Shown here piece by piece: positions 22,340-35,362 of a stretch of 64,000 bases of DNA. The number at the start of each line of letters is the position of its first letter. The stretch's first letter is position 1. Source of the stretch: Vicugna vicugna (lineage: Eukaryota); contig MU058038.1 of NCBI GenBank assembly GCA_013265495.1, positions 28,514 through 92,513 on the forward strand, in the 5' to 3' direction. The notes beneath the pieces are model-generated. The model was not told where the DNA came from, did not search any database, and saw only the letters and a program-made list of their open reading frames with translations. The position numbers and the translations under genes were made by a program.

Positions 22340-25300
22340 AAAATAAAAGCTGATTGTTGGAAAGAATCAATAAAATCAATAAGCCTCTAGACAGACTAAC
22401 TAAGAAAAAGAGAGAAGACACAAATCACTAATAGAAGAAATGAAGAAGAGGACATCATTATAGATCCCATGGGCATTAAAAGGACAATAAAGGAATACTA
22501 TGAACAACTCTATTCCCATAAATTTGATAACCTAGATAAAATGGGCCAATTTCTTGGAAAACACAATCTGCCAAAATTCACACAAGAAGAAATAGACAAT
22601 TTTTATAGACCTATATCTATTAAAGATTCAATAATGAATAATCTTCCAAAACAGAAAGCACCAGGCCCAGATGAGTTCACTAGTGAATTCTACCAAACAT
22701 TAAGGAAAAAATTATACCAAATTTCTACAGTCTCTTCCAGAAGACAGAAGCAGAGGGGATACTTTCTAACTCATTCTAACATTCTTAAGCTAACATTACC
22801 CTAATATCAAAACCTGGCAAAGGCATTATAAAAAACAAACTACCAGACCAATATCTCTCATAACATAGATGCAAAAATTCTCAGCAAAATATCAGCAATC
22901 CAACAATAAAAAAAAAAGAATCATACAACACATCATGAAATGAGATTTATCCCAGGCATGCAAAGCTGGTTTGAGCATTTGAAAATCAGTTGATGTAATT
23001 CATCACACCAACAGGCTAATGAAGAAAAATCATGTGATTATATATACATAGATGCAGAAACAGCACTTGACAAAATCCAACACCCATTCATGATTGGAAA
23101 AAAAACAAACCTCCCAGTAAAATGGGAATAAAGAGAAACTTTCTCAATTTGATAAAGAATATCTACAAAAAATATACAGCTAACATTACACCTAGTGATA
23201 GGAAACTAGAGGCTTTTCTACTCAGGTCCGAGACAAGGTAAGGATACTCACTCCCTCCTCTTTTTTTTCCCTTATTGCAGTATAGGTGATTTACAATGTT
23301 GTGTTAGTTTCAGGTGTACAGAAAAGTGATATAGATATAGGTATAAGTCAGATTCTTTTCCATTATAGGTTATTATAAGATATTGAATATAGTTCCCCGT
23401 ACTACAGTACGTCCTTCTGTTTACCTATAGGATACCCTTTCTCACCACTCCTTTTCAACATCATATTGGAATTCCTAGCTAATGCAATAAGACAAGATAA
23501 GGAAATAAAAGGTTTATAGATTGGAAAAGACGAAATAAAACTGTCATTATTTGCAAATGACATTCTTGTCTACGTAGAAAATCTGAAAGAATCAACAAAA
23601 AAACTCTTAGAACTAATAAGTGATTATAGTAAGGTTGCAGAATACAAGGTTAATACACGTTGTATTAGGACTTGATAAAGGACTGTTAGCCAAAGCCAGT
23701 TGTTTTCCTATATGCCAGGCAATGAAAAAGTGGAATTTGAAGTTGAAACAATACCATTTACATTAACACCCTTCAAAATGATATACTTAGGTATAAATCT
23801 AACAAAATATGTACAAGATCTATATGAGGAAAACTACAAAACTCTGAGGAAGGAAATCAAAGAAGAACTAAATAAATGAAGAGATATTTCATATTTGTGG
23901 ACAGGAAGATGCAATATTGTCAAGATGTCAGTTCTTCCCAACTAAAGATTCAAAGCAATCCCAATCTAAATCCCAGCAAGTTATTTGGTGGATATTGGCA
24001 AACTGATTCTAAGGTTTACATGGAGAAACAAAAGAACCAGAATAGTGAACACAATACTGAAAGATAAGAACAAAGTCAGAGGACTGACACTACCAACTTT
24101 AAGATTTACCATAAAGCTATAGTAATCAAGAAAGTGTGGTATTGGTGAAAGAACAGACAAACCAATGGAAGAGAATAGAAGAGCCCAGAAACAGATGCAC
24201 AAAAATATAGTTGACTGATCTTTGACAAAGGAGTAAAGGCAATACAATTGAGAAAAGACAGTCTTTCCAGCAAATAGTGCTGGAGAACTGGACATCCACA
24301 TGCAAAAAACTGAATCTAGCTGCAGACTTTACAACCGTCATAAAAATTAATTCAAAATAGATCATAAACCTAAATGTTAAAAAAAAACTATGAAACTCCT
24401 AGAAGGTAATGTAGCAGAAAATCTAGATAATCTTGAGTCTGATGATGACTTTTTAGATATAACTCTAAAGGCATCATCCATAAAAGAAATAATTGATAAT
24501 CTGGACTTGATTGAAATAAAAAACTTTTGTTTTGCAAAAGATATGGTCACAAGAGTAAGAAGATAAATCACAGACATGGAGAAATATTTGCAAAATATAT
24601 ACCCAATAAAGGACTATTATCCAAAATATACAAAGAACTCTCAAAACTCAACAATAAGAAAATGAACAATCCAATTAAATAACAGGCAAAAGATCTGAAC
24701 AGACACCAAAGGTATACAGAGGGCACATAAGCATATGAAAAGATACTCAACATCAATGTCATCATGGAATTGCCAATTAAGACAACAAGATACACTACGC
24801 ATCTGTCAGAATGGTGAAAATCCAGAACGCTGACAATACCAAATGCTGGTAAGGATGTGGCACAAAAAATACTCTCATTCATTGCTGATGGGAAATGCAA
24901 AATGCTACAGCCACTTTTGAAGACAGTTTCTTACAAAACTAAACATATTCTTACCATATGACCCAACAATCACACCCCCCTCACTATTTGCCCAAATGAG
25001 TTGAAAACTTGTGTACCCATGAAATTTTCCACACAATGTTTACAGAAGCTTAATTCATAACTGCCAAAATTTGGAAGAAACCAAGATGTCCTTCGATAGG
25101 TAAATGAATAAATAAACTGTGGTACATCCAGAAAATGGAAAATATTCAATTCTTTTTAAAAAATGAGCAATCAAGCTATTAAAAGACATGGAGGAAACTT
25201 AAATGCATATTACTATGTGAAAGAAGCCATTGGAAAAAGCTACATAGTGTATGATTGCAACTATATGACATTCTGGAAAAGGCAAACCTATGGCAACAGT

Positions 25301-25675
25301 AAAAAGATTAGTGGTTGCCAAGGATTAGAAGGGAGCGAAGGATGACTGGGTGGAGCACAGAGTATTTTTTAGGGCACTGAATAGTCATTCTATATGATAC
25401 TATAAATGGCGATGCTTGTCATTATACTTTTGTCAATATCCATAGGATGTACAGTACCAAGAATGAATCTTAATACAAACCATGGACTTTGAGTGACAAT
25501 GACATTTATCAAGTGTGACAAATATACCAGTCTGGTGCAGGATGTTGCTAGTGGGGGAGGAGGCCACACATGTGTGGAGACAGGGTGTATGGAGTCTCTG
25601 CACTTTCCACTCAATTTTGCTCTGAATTTAAAACTGTTCTAAAATTAAGTCTATTTATAAAATTAAAAAAAAGAA
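22340..25675 (+). mobile_element. 5'-truncated LINE-1 (ORF2 remnant plus old L1MC-like 3' end)
   Basis: ORF2 peptides IKRTIKEYYEQLYSHKFDNLDKM..KAPGPDEFTSEFYQT and LFANDI (RT); A-rich end at ~25670; decayed. Confidence 0.9.
23260..23428 (-). mobile_element. Younger L1 3'-end fragment nested in the older L1
   Basis: poly(T) then ttgcagtatagg..tttacaatgttgtgttagtttcaggtgtacag; imperfect AGGATAC duplication on both sides. Confidence 0.7.
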
Positions 25676-26721
25676 TGATCATGGGAACATAAATTTTAAA
25701 AATGTATTTGACAAAGTGGGTAGGCTTTGTGAATTGAGAGCCCAGGATTCTTATAATATTTCTGTCGAAGGCTATTGTGTAGCTTCGATCAAGCAGCTAC
25801 ATCTTTGGGCCTGAGTATTCTCAATTACAAAATAACTCTAAGATTATTTCAGCTCTAACATTATTCTCTGGGTCAGTGAAATTTAAGTGGCACATACTGA
25901 CAGTGACCTAATGGAGCATGAAGCAGAATCTTAATCACCTCCAAATCTGTGCCCCAACCACTAAGCAAGCTGGTGATGATTTAGTATTTCAGTAACTGGT
26001 GCTCACAGGTAATTGTGTACTGGATTAACCCCACATTATTTGAATGTGTTCAAAAGCTATAGCAAAACAGTCATTAAAGACAGACTTGACCAATTTAGCC
26101 AGCAGGCCATTATTTGCCAATTTTATAAGCTTATTTTAAAAATTGAGCTTATCATGCTGTAACATATACAGAAATAGAAATATCAGATTGTACACATGAA
26201 ACATATAATACTATAAGTCAATGTTACCTCAATAAAAGTTAATTTTTAAAAATTCAGCTTATCAAAATTGCCACTTTAGAAACCAGGGAGGTGAGCACCT
26301 GTAGAGAAATGAGTGGCAATGGACGAGCCTCTGCAAAAGTCTGCCGCCTCAGGTGCTGAGACAGGTCAGCTTTCACCAGTGAAACATCTGAGGTAACAGG
26401 AGAGTCTCATGTGCGCCCATCAGTGCAGAAAAGAGACATTACTCACGTGACGGGAAGAATTCCATGAAGTCTCAAGCCCCAGGAAGATCATGTACTTGGT
26501 GCATACATGCATTGTTAGTTTGAATAAAACCAAATTACTCTGAATAATATAAAAATAATTAATAATAAAAACGCTATAGGCTTTTCTCTAAAGAATTTCC
26601 AGGAAAATCTTAAGAGAAAGCCCTACAATTAAGGCACAGAGCCTGGATGCAGATCCTGAAAGCTGCTATGACAGCAGTGACTTAATTCTGACAGTGGAAG
26701 CCTCTGAACAGAGTCTCTTAC

Positions 26722-26942
26722 CTACTGTGGGACACAGAGGAGAATCCTGCTTCCTCAGGCTGAGTCTTCTGCTCATTCACTCCCCTCTCAGCAGATCCCT
26801 TCTTCTCTAAGGGCTTATGCATTCCAGACTTCAGTTGGAGCATTTTGTCATAAAGAACCCTCTTACTGCCTCCTTTAAAAGGAAAGATAGAAAAGAAATG
26901 CATCTGGGTCACCACAATGGCTAGATTTTCCTCCAAAGCTAC
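26722..26942 (-). CDS. PDE4DIP-like exon (221 nt, phase 0-2), open frame
   Basis: VALEENLAIVVTQ..LEKKGSAERGVNEQKTQPEEAGFSSVSHSR vs PDE4DIP VALEKSLATVETQ..LEEKRKAEEELKELKAQIEEAGFSSVSHIR; cctctag acceptor, gtaaga donor. Confidence 0.8.
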
Positions 26943-27589
26943 CTAGAGGAATCAAAACAAAATAATGATTTAAAGAAGTTGGATTACTATGAAGGATCCC
27001 CTAGGAGCATAAAAATCACAAAGAGCAGAACCTACAGGTTAGTAAATTGTGAAGCTTACAATGTGCCCCCCTTGGAGAGTTCTTCCCCCGCTATGAGGAC
27101 CCTGGTGATCCACTGGGTTGAAGGAAAGATGCCGCAAGTAGTGGGAGATGCTGCTATGAGGAGGAGGTGGGGGTCCAGAGAAGTGTTAGAAGTAAAAACA
27201 AGCAAATAATAAAGTAAACAAATGAAAACAAACTGGGCTAAAGGATGAGTATTTTTTATTTTTACAGTTGAGCTAGTTTCCTGAGAGTGTCCCTTCAGAA
27301 ATCAGAAAGCCTTTTTGTCATTCCATCAAGTTTTGAGAGTCATGAAGGCAGAAACAAAGTTTGAGATGCCAGCCTTCAAACCCCAGGTCACTGGGACATC
27401 AACAGTAGTGCCATGGGAAGGACTCAGGGAGTGTACTTTCAAGGTGTAATCACAGAATCAGGACGTAGAGGGAGCTACAGAACCTGAGGAAGCCCTGCCT
27501 TCTGATGGCCTGCCACACTCAACACAAGGCTACCTGTTTTTCCATGGATATCTCTATCAATAAAGAATACCTCTCTTACCAGCCAGTTT

Positions 27590-28085
27590 TTTCTTTCTTT
27601 TTTTTAATTGAAGTATAGTCAGTTTACAATGTTGTGTCAATTTCTGGGGTACAGCATAATGTTTCAGTCATACATATACATGCATATATTCCTTTTCATA
27701 TTCTTTTTTTATAGGTTACTACAAGATATTGAATATAGTTCCCTGTGCTATATAGTATAAACTTGTTGTTTACCTGTTTTATATGTAGTAGTTAGTAATG
27801 CAAATTTTGAACTTGCAATTCATCCCTTCCCACCCCCTTTCCTCCTGGTAACCGTAAGTTTGTTCTCTCTGTGAGTCTGTTTCTGTTTTGTAAATAAGTT
27901 CCTTTGTATCATTTTTTTTAGATCCCACATATAGGTGATATCACAATTTGTCTTTCTCTCTGGCTTTCTTCACTTAGTATGATCATTTCCAGGCCCATCC
28001 ATATTGCTGCAAATGGCATTATTTTATTCTTTTTTATGGCTGAGTAGTATTCCATTGTAGAAATATACCACAACTTCTTTATTAA
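27590..28085 (-). mobile_element. LINE-1 3' end
   Basis: ttttttaattgaagtatagtcagtttacaatgttgtg...gctgagtagtattccattgt, antisense L1 3'UTR. Confidence 0.8.
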
Positions 28086-28714
28086 AGTTTTTTTAATTGA
28101 AAGAGTAATACATGTCTATCCAAGGGGAAAAAATTAGTTGAGAAAGATTTTTGTTGGAAAAAAATAATATTTAAAGGCATTTTTTGGCTTTGTCATTTAT
28201 TTATATATCATCTTTCCTTTTCGTTTTTCTAAAATTGGCATAAAGTGTGTTTGTGTATAACTTTTGGAACGTGTATTTCCATTTAAAACTATTAAAATTA
28301 AAATATTCATCGTTAACGTCCTGGATTTATCTTACGTTCCACCAACAGTGCACTTGAAATAAAATGGGCCCAACCTAGGAGGCAAACCTACCTGGCTGAA
28401 GTGCCCTTCCTTGGTGTGTGTCATTAACAGTAGTTGCTTTCCCTAGTGTATTGGTTGAACATTTCCCCTACACCTGAAAGTCGTCATTTAAAACCCGTCA
28501 TAAACCGTTTCCATCGCTAAAAGATTTTAAAGTACTCTTACCCCAAGTAAGTGCATTAAAAATAGACGTATCTATTGCATCCTTGGAATCCATAAAAAGT
28601 CCAGGGAGAGATGTGTTCAAGTGCTACCCAGTTGGGGAGGAAGAGGGCTACTTGCTAACTGGTAGCCGGGCCAAGTTTGCTTTGACTCCAACTACTGAGA
28701 GGAACTTGACTCAC

Positions 28715-28790
28715 CTTCACCAGCGACTGGAAGACTGGCTCCCTGCGGACGCCGACTTCATCTTCATGGTGCTTTAGATGAGGAAATAGC
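28715..28790 (-). other. Candidate upstream exon of the PDE4DIP paralogue
   Basis: Ends ..QSLVK|gtgagt (phase 0), giving LVK|VALE as in PDE4DIP QQLVK-VALEK; 5' boundary unknown. Confidence 0.45.
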
Positions 28791-28849
28791 ACTGGATTTC
28801 TTCTCTTCCCTTAATTTATTTCCACCTCTCCCTCTGTCTTCAAGACCGT

Positions 28850-30030
28850 TTTTTGGATCCTTACTGGACAGGACTTAAAAGAGAGGCTGCCCTTCTCCTA
28901 CCGGTCTCTCCCTGGACGTTACTGCCCGCGGACGAGAACCAGAGGAGCCGGGAGGGCAGCGCATGCGCGGGAACCGCAAGCTCGCCGCGTGCGCCCGCGC
29001 GCACCGCGCACATGCGCCTTGCGGGCTCAACGAATTGAATCAACGCCTCCCGCAGCTTCTCTGCCGGCGCCACGGGAGGTGTGGGGCTGCTGACCCCGCG
29101 AGAGCGGCCGCGGGGAGGCGGCGCAGCCCTGCTCCTGGCCCTCGAAGACAGGCTGGGAAGAGGTTGATCTGAACCAGCAGAGCCAAGAAAAGTCTCAACC
29201 GCGGCCCAGACCAACCGTACCGAGTTTAAAGGTCTCAAACCCCAAAGTCTCAGCGGACTGAGGGTAGCGGGTTAAATTAGTTTCCATACCCTTATGAGGA
29301 GAGTCGTGGACCCAAATCAGAGACCAAGAAAAAGATTGTGTGAATCAAAGTGCGCAATTAACCAGAGAGGAAAAACGATCCCTTAACAGACTAGATGATG
29401 GATTGTGAGAGGAAGCCCGTTAAGGTTTTCGGCGTGAGTGCATGAAGGACAGAATTGCCGTCAACAAGGTAAAAAAACTGCGGGTGCAGCAGATGGTAGG
29501 GGGAAGATCCGGAATCCAGTTTAGGCCTCCCCCGGCCCAGTCTACTTGAAAGCGTTTTCCATTCTTGCTATCGCCATTCCTGCGTCCGCAGGGGTCCTTT
29601 ATGATGTGGGAGATCCTGGGGTGTCACCCCGGGCCCCTCCCTTCTGCCTCCTCCCTGCACCCTGTCCCTTCCCCGGCCCCGGCGTCCTTCTCTACGCACG
29701 CGGCCGCCCCGCAGAGGCGCGTCTCCAGGGCTGATCCGAGGTGCGGCCGTGAGGAGACGACTCGGGACTTGCAGGCCTGGCGGGCCTCGTGCGCGCTGCG
29801 TGCGTCACCTTCGAGCTCCTTTTTTGGAGGAAGCAGGGAGGTAACGGCCTTGGAAAAGGGTTTCAGGAACGACGGGTAACCGCTCGGAAGGCCCAAGGCC
29901 TCCTAGAGCAAAGGGAAAAAAAAGGTCATTCTGGCCCGAAGTCGGAAGAAAAGTCAGGGGCTTTCAAGTAGGCTCGTGGCTAGGCTTCAAAGCTCCGTGG
30001 CCTGGGTTTGATTCCCCGTGGGGGAAGATA
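28850..30030. promoter_or_regulatory. CpG island with NRF1 motifs
   Basis: Perfect GCGCATGCGC at 28959-28968 and further GCGTGCGC/GCACATGCGC at ~28987-29017; high CpG density. Confidence 0.7.
29961..30026 (+). pseudogene. Highly degenerate tRNA-Glu-like remnant
   Basis: GTGGCTAGG (D-arm) and CCGTGGCCTGGGTTTGATTCCCCGTGGGGGAA (cf. CCGCGGCCCGGGTTCGATTCCCGGCCAGGGAA); anticodon arm lost. Confidence 0.55.
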
Positions 30031-30814
30031 CCTCACCTCGCTGTGTATTTTCCTTATCCCTCTTTTACTACCAAGTTTGGCATTTTCTAACTGCTGTGGT
30101 TCATTTTCCCCACGACTGGTGGAGAAATGGCTTTAACTAGTTATCGAGGATACATGCCAGAAGGGGGAACGGCTAGGTGAAATGTAAATGAATTTAAAAC
30201 TCCCATATGCACCGACCACCAACGTGTAAGTAACAATTACATGTCCCATACAGTATGAGACTTAATTTTTCTCCCCCACATTTAAAACCAACACTAGAAA
30301 TTATCAAACTTTTAGATATAATTTTGAATTTTACTGACCATCAACCAATCTTTTCATAGCCAGTTTTTCTCACAGGCCTTTTTTTTTTTGTCTTCACTAA
30401 TTTATTCCTGCATTTGAAAGCCCTTGTAAGACTAATAAGGCCCTTTGATTGACACCAGATAGCCCAGATGTCCAGGGAGACCCCACTAGGCCTCTCAAGA
30501 TGTGGGCCATTACCATTTACTCTAAGGAAGGCCAGGCAACTAAAACAGAATATTCAGGGAACTTACTCTGTAACTGGCCATTTTTCCTTGTAAACTTAAA
30601 TCAAAGTACTGTGCAAATAAACTGTTCCCACTAGGAGATAATATTGTTTCTTCTGGCTTGGCAACACAATTGATTCAGTGCTTCTGCTGATCCTTTTCCA
30701 GTTCACCAATCTCAGAGGCAGTAATATATTTCTGCAAGTAGCCAGCCAGCTGTCAAATAACTGGAGAGGAGTGGAAGAGAAAAATAATCTGGGAGCCTCG
30801 GTGTCTCCTTGACT

Positions 30815-31279
30815 CTTTTTTTTAAAACTGAAGTTTAGTTGACTTACAGTGTTGCATTAGTTTCTGGTGTACAGCACAGTGATTTAGTTATATATATATA
30901 TATACCTCTTCATATTCTTTTTCCAGTATAGATTATTACCAGATATGGAATGTAGTTCCTTGTGCTATATATTAGAATCTTGTTGTTTATCTATTTTATG
31001 TATAGTAGTTTGTATCTGCCAGTCCCAAACTCCGAATTTATCCCTTTCCCTTCCTTCCCCGTTGGTAACCATAGTTTGTTGTCTGTGTTTGTGAGTCTGT
31101 TTCTGTTTTGTAAATAAGTTCCTTTGTATCATTTTTTTTTAGAGTCCACATATAAGTGATATCATATGATACTTGTCTTTCTCTTTTTGGCTTACTCACT
31201 TAGTATAATAATCTCTAGTTCCATCCATGTTGCTGCAAATGTTATTATTTCATTCTTATTTATGGCTGAGTAGTATTCC

Positions 31280-31330
<51 letters not shown>

Positions 31331-33085
31331 CACATACTTATCCAGTCATCTGTCAATGGACATATAGGTTGCTTCTATGTCTTAGCTATTATAAATAGTG
31401 CAGCTATGAACATTGGGGTGCAAGGATCTTTTCAAGTTGGAGTCTTCTCTGGGTATATGCCCAGGAGTGGGATTACTGGATCATATGATAACTCTATTTT
31501 TAGTTTTTTAAGGAATCTACCTACCATTTTCCATAGTGGCTGCACCAAATTACATTCCCATGAACAATGTAGGAGGTTCCCTTTCTTCCATACCCTCTCC
31601 AGCATTTATTGTTTGTGGATATTTTAATGATGGCCATTCTGACTGGTGTGAGGTGATACCTCACTGGTTTTGATTTGCATTTCTCTGTTAATTAGTGATA
31701 TTGAGCATCTTCTCATGTGTCTGTTGGCCATCTGTACATCTTCTTTGGAGAAATGTCTATTTAGGTCTTCTGTCCATTTTTCAAACGGGTTTTTTTTTTT
31801 TGTTATTGAGGTGTATGAGCTATTTGTATATTCTGGAAATTAAGCCCTTGTCAGTTGCATCATTTGCAAATATTTTCTCCCAGTCCATAGGTTGTCTTTT
31901 TGTTTTGTTTATGGTTTCCTTTGCTGTGCAAAAGCTTGTAAGTTTGACTAGGTCCCATTTGTTTATTTTTGCTTCTATTTCTATTGCCTTGGGAGACTAA
32001 CCTAGGATAATTTATATCAGAGAATGTTTTGCCTGTGTTCTTTCCTAGGAGATTTATGGTGTCCTGTCTTATGTTTAAGTCTTTAAGCCATTTTGAGTTT
32101 TTGAGTATGGTATGAGGGAGTGTTCTAACTTCATTGATTTACATGCTGCTGTCCAGCTTTCCCAAAGAGACTTGCCAAAGAGACTGTCTTTTCTCCCTTG
32201 TATATTCTTGCCTCCTTTGTCGAAGGTGTATGGGTTTATTTCTGGGCTCTCTATTCTGTTTCATTGATCCATATGTCTGTTTTTGTGCCAGTACCACACT
32301 GTTTTTGATTACTGTAGCTTTGTAGTATTGTCTGGGAGGGTTATGCCTTCAGCTTCATTCTTTTCCCTGAGTATTGCTTTGGCAATTCTGGGTCTTCTGT
32401 GATTCCATATAAGTTTTAGGATTATTTGTTCTAGTTCTGTGAAAAATGTCATGGCTAATTTGATAGGGATTGCATTAAATCTGTAGATTGCCTTGGGCAG
32501 TATGGCCATTTTAACAATATTAATCCTTCCAATCCAAGAGCATTGGGATATCTTTCCATTTCTTTAAATCATCTTTAATTTCTTTAATCAATGTTTTATA
32601 GTTCTCTGTATATAAGTCTTTCTCCTCCTTGGTCAGGTTTATTCCTAAGTATTCTTTGATGTAATTTTGAAAGGGATTTTTAAATTTTACTTTTCTGATA
32701 TTTCATTGTTAGTGTAAAGAAATGCAACCGATTTCTATATGTTAATCTTGTATCCTGCTATCTTGTTGAATTTGTTCATCAGTTTTAGTAATTTTTATGT
32801 ACAGTCTTATAGTATCATGTCATCTGCATATAGTAACAATTTTGCCTCTTCCCTTCCAATTTGGATACCTTTTATTTCTTTTTCTTATCTGACTGCTGTG
32901 GCTAGGACTTCCAATACTATGTAGAATAGAAGTGATGAGTCTGGGAATCCTTGTCTTGTTCCAGATTTTAGTGAGAAGGCTTTTAGCTTTTTACCATTGA
33001 GTATTATATTGGCTGTGGGTTTGTCATAAATAGCTTTTATTATGTTGAGATATGTTCCCTCTATACTCACTTTGGTAAGAGTCCC
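30815..33085 (-). mobile_element. 5'-truncated LINE-1 (ORF2 3' part plus 3'UTR), with (TG)n at ~31282-31328
   Basis: ORF2 peptides [18 protein letters not shown] and [32 protein letters not shown] on the minus strand. Confidence 0.9.
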
Positions 33086-35159
33086 CATGGACTTTTATGT
33101 CTGCAAGAGACTAACTAGAAGAACTGCCTAGAAATTAAGCAAACTTGGATTCAAGACTCTCTGTTCTCTTCTGTTTTAGTGTTCACCATTTTCTTCAGGT
33201 AAGATGAGTTGCGATAAAAATGTAAGTCTGACCTTTTTTGCTTGCAGTGTTCTCACTGGTTCTAAATTTTGTGAATATGGGAGCTGTTGCTTGGATAGTT
33301 TCATGGATATACTTGACCTTTAGGAACTTCAGAAACATAGGACATGAGTGGGTTCCTAAATCCATCTTGGGAAGTTTTGGCAGAAATAAATAAGCACCAG
33401 AAATAAAAGTAACAGCTTCTAAGACCAAAGACTGGTTGGAACCATAACAGATTTTTTTTTTAAACCAGAGAGGAGTTGTTTTCATAATTTAATTTTCATT
33501 TTGTTGGACACTTTATTTATTTTGATGAGGACATTAGTGGAGGGAAATTTCTTTATTGGATCATTAATTTTTATTTCCCTAAAAGAAATGTAATAAAATA
33601 ATAATAATAAAATTTCACATCTTACATTATTCACATTGATGTAGCTGGCTTATGCTGTCACGTATTACCCACCGTATAATTTACCTCATGAGTATGTTCA
33701 AATATGTAGTAATACCTACCATTTTGTATATATTTTACATATAGATAGATAATGCAACTATTTATAAGTCTAGAAGGGAAATATAATAGGAAGGTGTTGG
33801 TGACCCTTAATGTAGCCTTGAAATTTACTGAACTTGTGCCATGTTCTCACAAACTTTAGAAGGCTATGCTATAATATTAAAACGGCATTCCTTGTCTGGT
33901 TATATTGCCCATTTTCTGACTCAGCATGAAACACAGGAGGAGTGACAATGGGAAGACAATGGCCTTTTGATGGCCTCATCTCTGTCTTACTATTACTTGG
34001 AATGACATCAGAAAATCAAAGGGGAATATTTACATAGAAAGGGAAATTCTCCTTTTCTTCTTCTCTAACCGTTAACACTCAGTGGGAGAGCAAATACTCT
34101 TCTCATTCTTCACAATCCAGGACATACGTTGAGCTTCCTTTTCTAACTGTTGAGATCACAGTATATTAAAACATCATAGAAAGGAGTGTGATTACTACTG
34201 CCCCCTTTCTACCTGAGCATCAAAAATTCCAACCTGACTGGTGTCAAGGGGAGCTTCCAACCCTTCTAACTGGCCCTCTTCTCTCATAGGACTTGGACCA
34301 TCAGGTTCATTTGGGGAAGTTTGGTAAAGGTTGTTTTGTGCTTAGACAGAAGGAAAAACCTTTAAGACCCTGAACTGAACCTTATGTTCTGATCTAGTTT
34401 ACTGGAATTCCTGCTACTGTGACACAAGCCACACTAATAACAAATTATGTTATTGGTAATAACCATACATTTTGCCACTTCTTTGTGTACATATCTCCCT
34501 CAGGAGCCCCCACACCTGCCAGGGAACCTAAGTTATTGGCAGAACGGGACTTGGGAGTTCTTTGGTCCTCTGGCCAAACGCCACCAGTTAAGTGCTCTAA
34601 TTTCACCATTTTCTGATATTACACCCACCATATTTTAAATAATGTTTATTTTGGAAAGTCCAGTTTGGAGGCAGTGGAGATTATTACTTTAATATTATTC
34701 CTCTATTTTTCAAATTTTAACCATAATGGAGATTTCTCATCAAAAAGTATGGAGGCTAGAAGACAGTAGGATGGCAATTTTTACTGTGAAACAAACAGGT
34801 CAAACCTTGGCAGGAGTTATAAATCTAGCATGCAGTGGTGGCTTCTGTATCAGAAATACAGAGATCTTTACCTTGTGAGAGAAAGCAGTTTGCTTTTCTT
34901 TTGGCTGCTGGAGGGATTGATCTACATAGTCCCAAGAAACTTGCCTTGGCAAGAAACCTGCTTGCTTATTGGGGCTTATTAGTCACTTTTGCTAGTAGAG
35001 GTCTCATAACACTGCAGTCAGAGCTGTTGATATTAAAATTTTTGACTTGCCAAACAACAGGATATTAATCACTCAGTGAAACTTTGGACATCAGAGGGTA
35101 CAGGCACTCATGTTGAATTTTGACCTATCCACTGGTGGCAAATGGGGAGTTTATCCCAT

Positions 35160-35352
35160 TAAAAATGACACAAATGAACTTATTTACAACACAGAAATAG
35201 ATTCACAGACATAGAAAACAAACTTACGGTTACCAGGAGGGAAGAGGGGAGCGCAGGAATGCATATCTATCACCGAATCACTATGCAGCACACCAGAAAT
35301 TAATACAACATTGTAAATCAACTATACTTCAATTTGTAAAAATGTTTAAAAA
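35160..35352 (+). mobile_element. Short L1 3'-end fragment abutting the FCGR1A promoter
   Basis: aatgacacaaatgaacttatttacaa..acagaaatagattcacagacatagaaaacaaactta..gtaaatcaactatacttcaat plus A-rich tail. Confidence 0.75.
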
Positions 35353-35362
35353 GAAGAATTAG

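Larger units (their letters stand above)
4056..28790 (-). pseudogene. Partial PDE4DIP (myomegalin) paralogue, C-terminal half including the Olduvai/DUF1220 exons; mixture of dead and intact exons, coding status unresolved
   Basis: More than ten minus-strand segments translate to PDE4DIP-like peptides (e.g. EEAGFSSVSHSR, KYSLIQDQARELTHLRQK, LRQRLEESVFINDRLRE), many with canonical splice sites and compatible phases. Confidence 0.85.

Noticed and set aside
22469..24900. L1-derived ORFs as functional genes
   Set aside because: Fragmented ORF2 with many stops and frameshifts, 5'-truncated.
30195..30260. ZNF143/Staf-like motif (CTCCCATATGCACCG) suggesting a nearby snRNA gene
   Set aside because: Degenerate match; I found no U1 or other snRNA body anywhere in the window.
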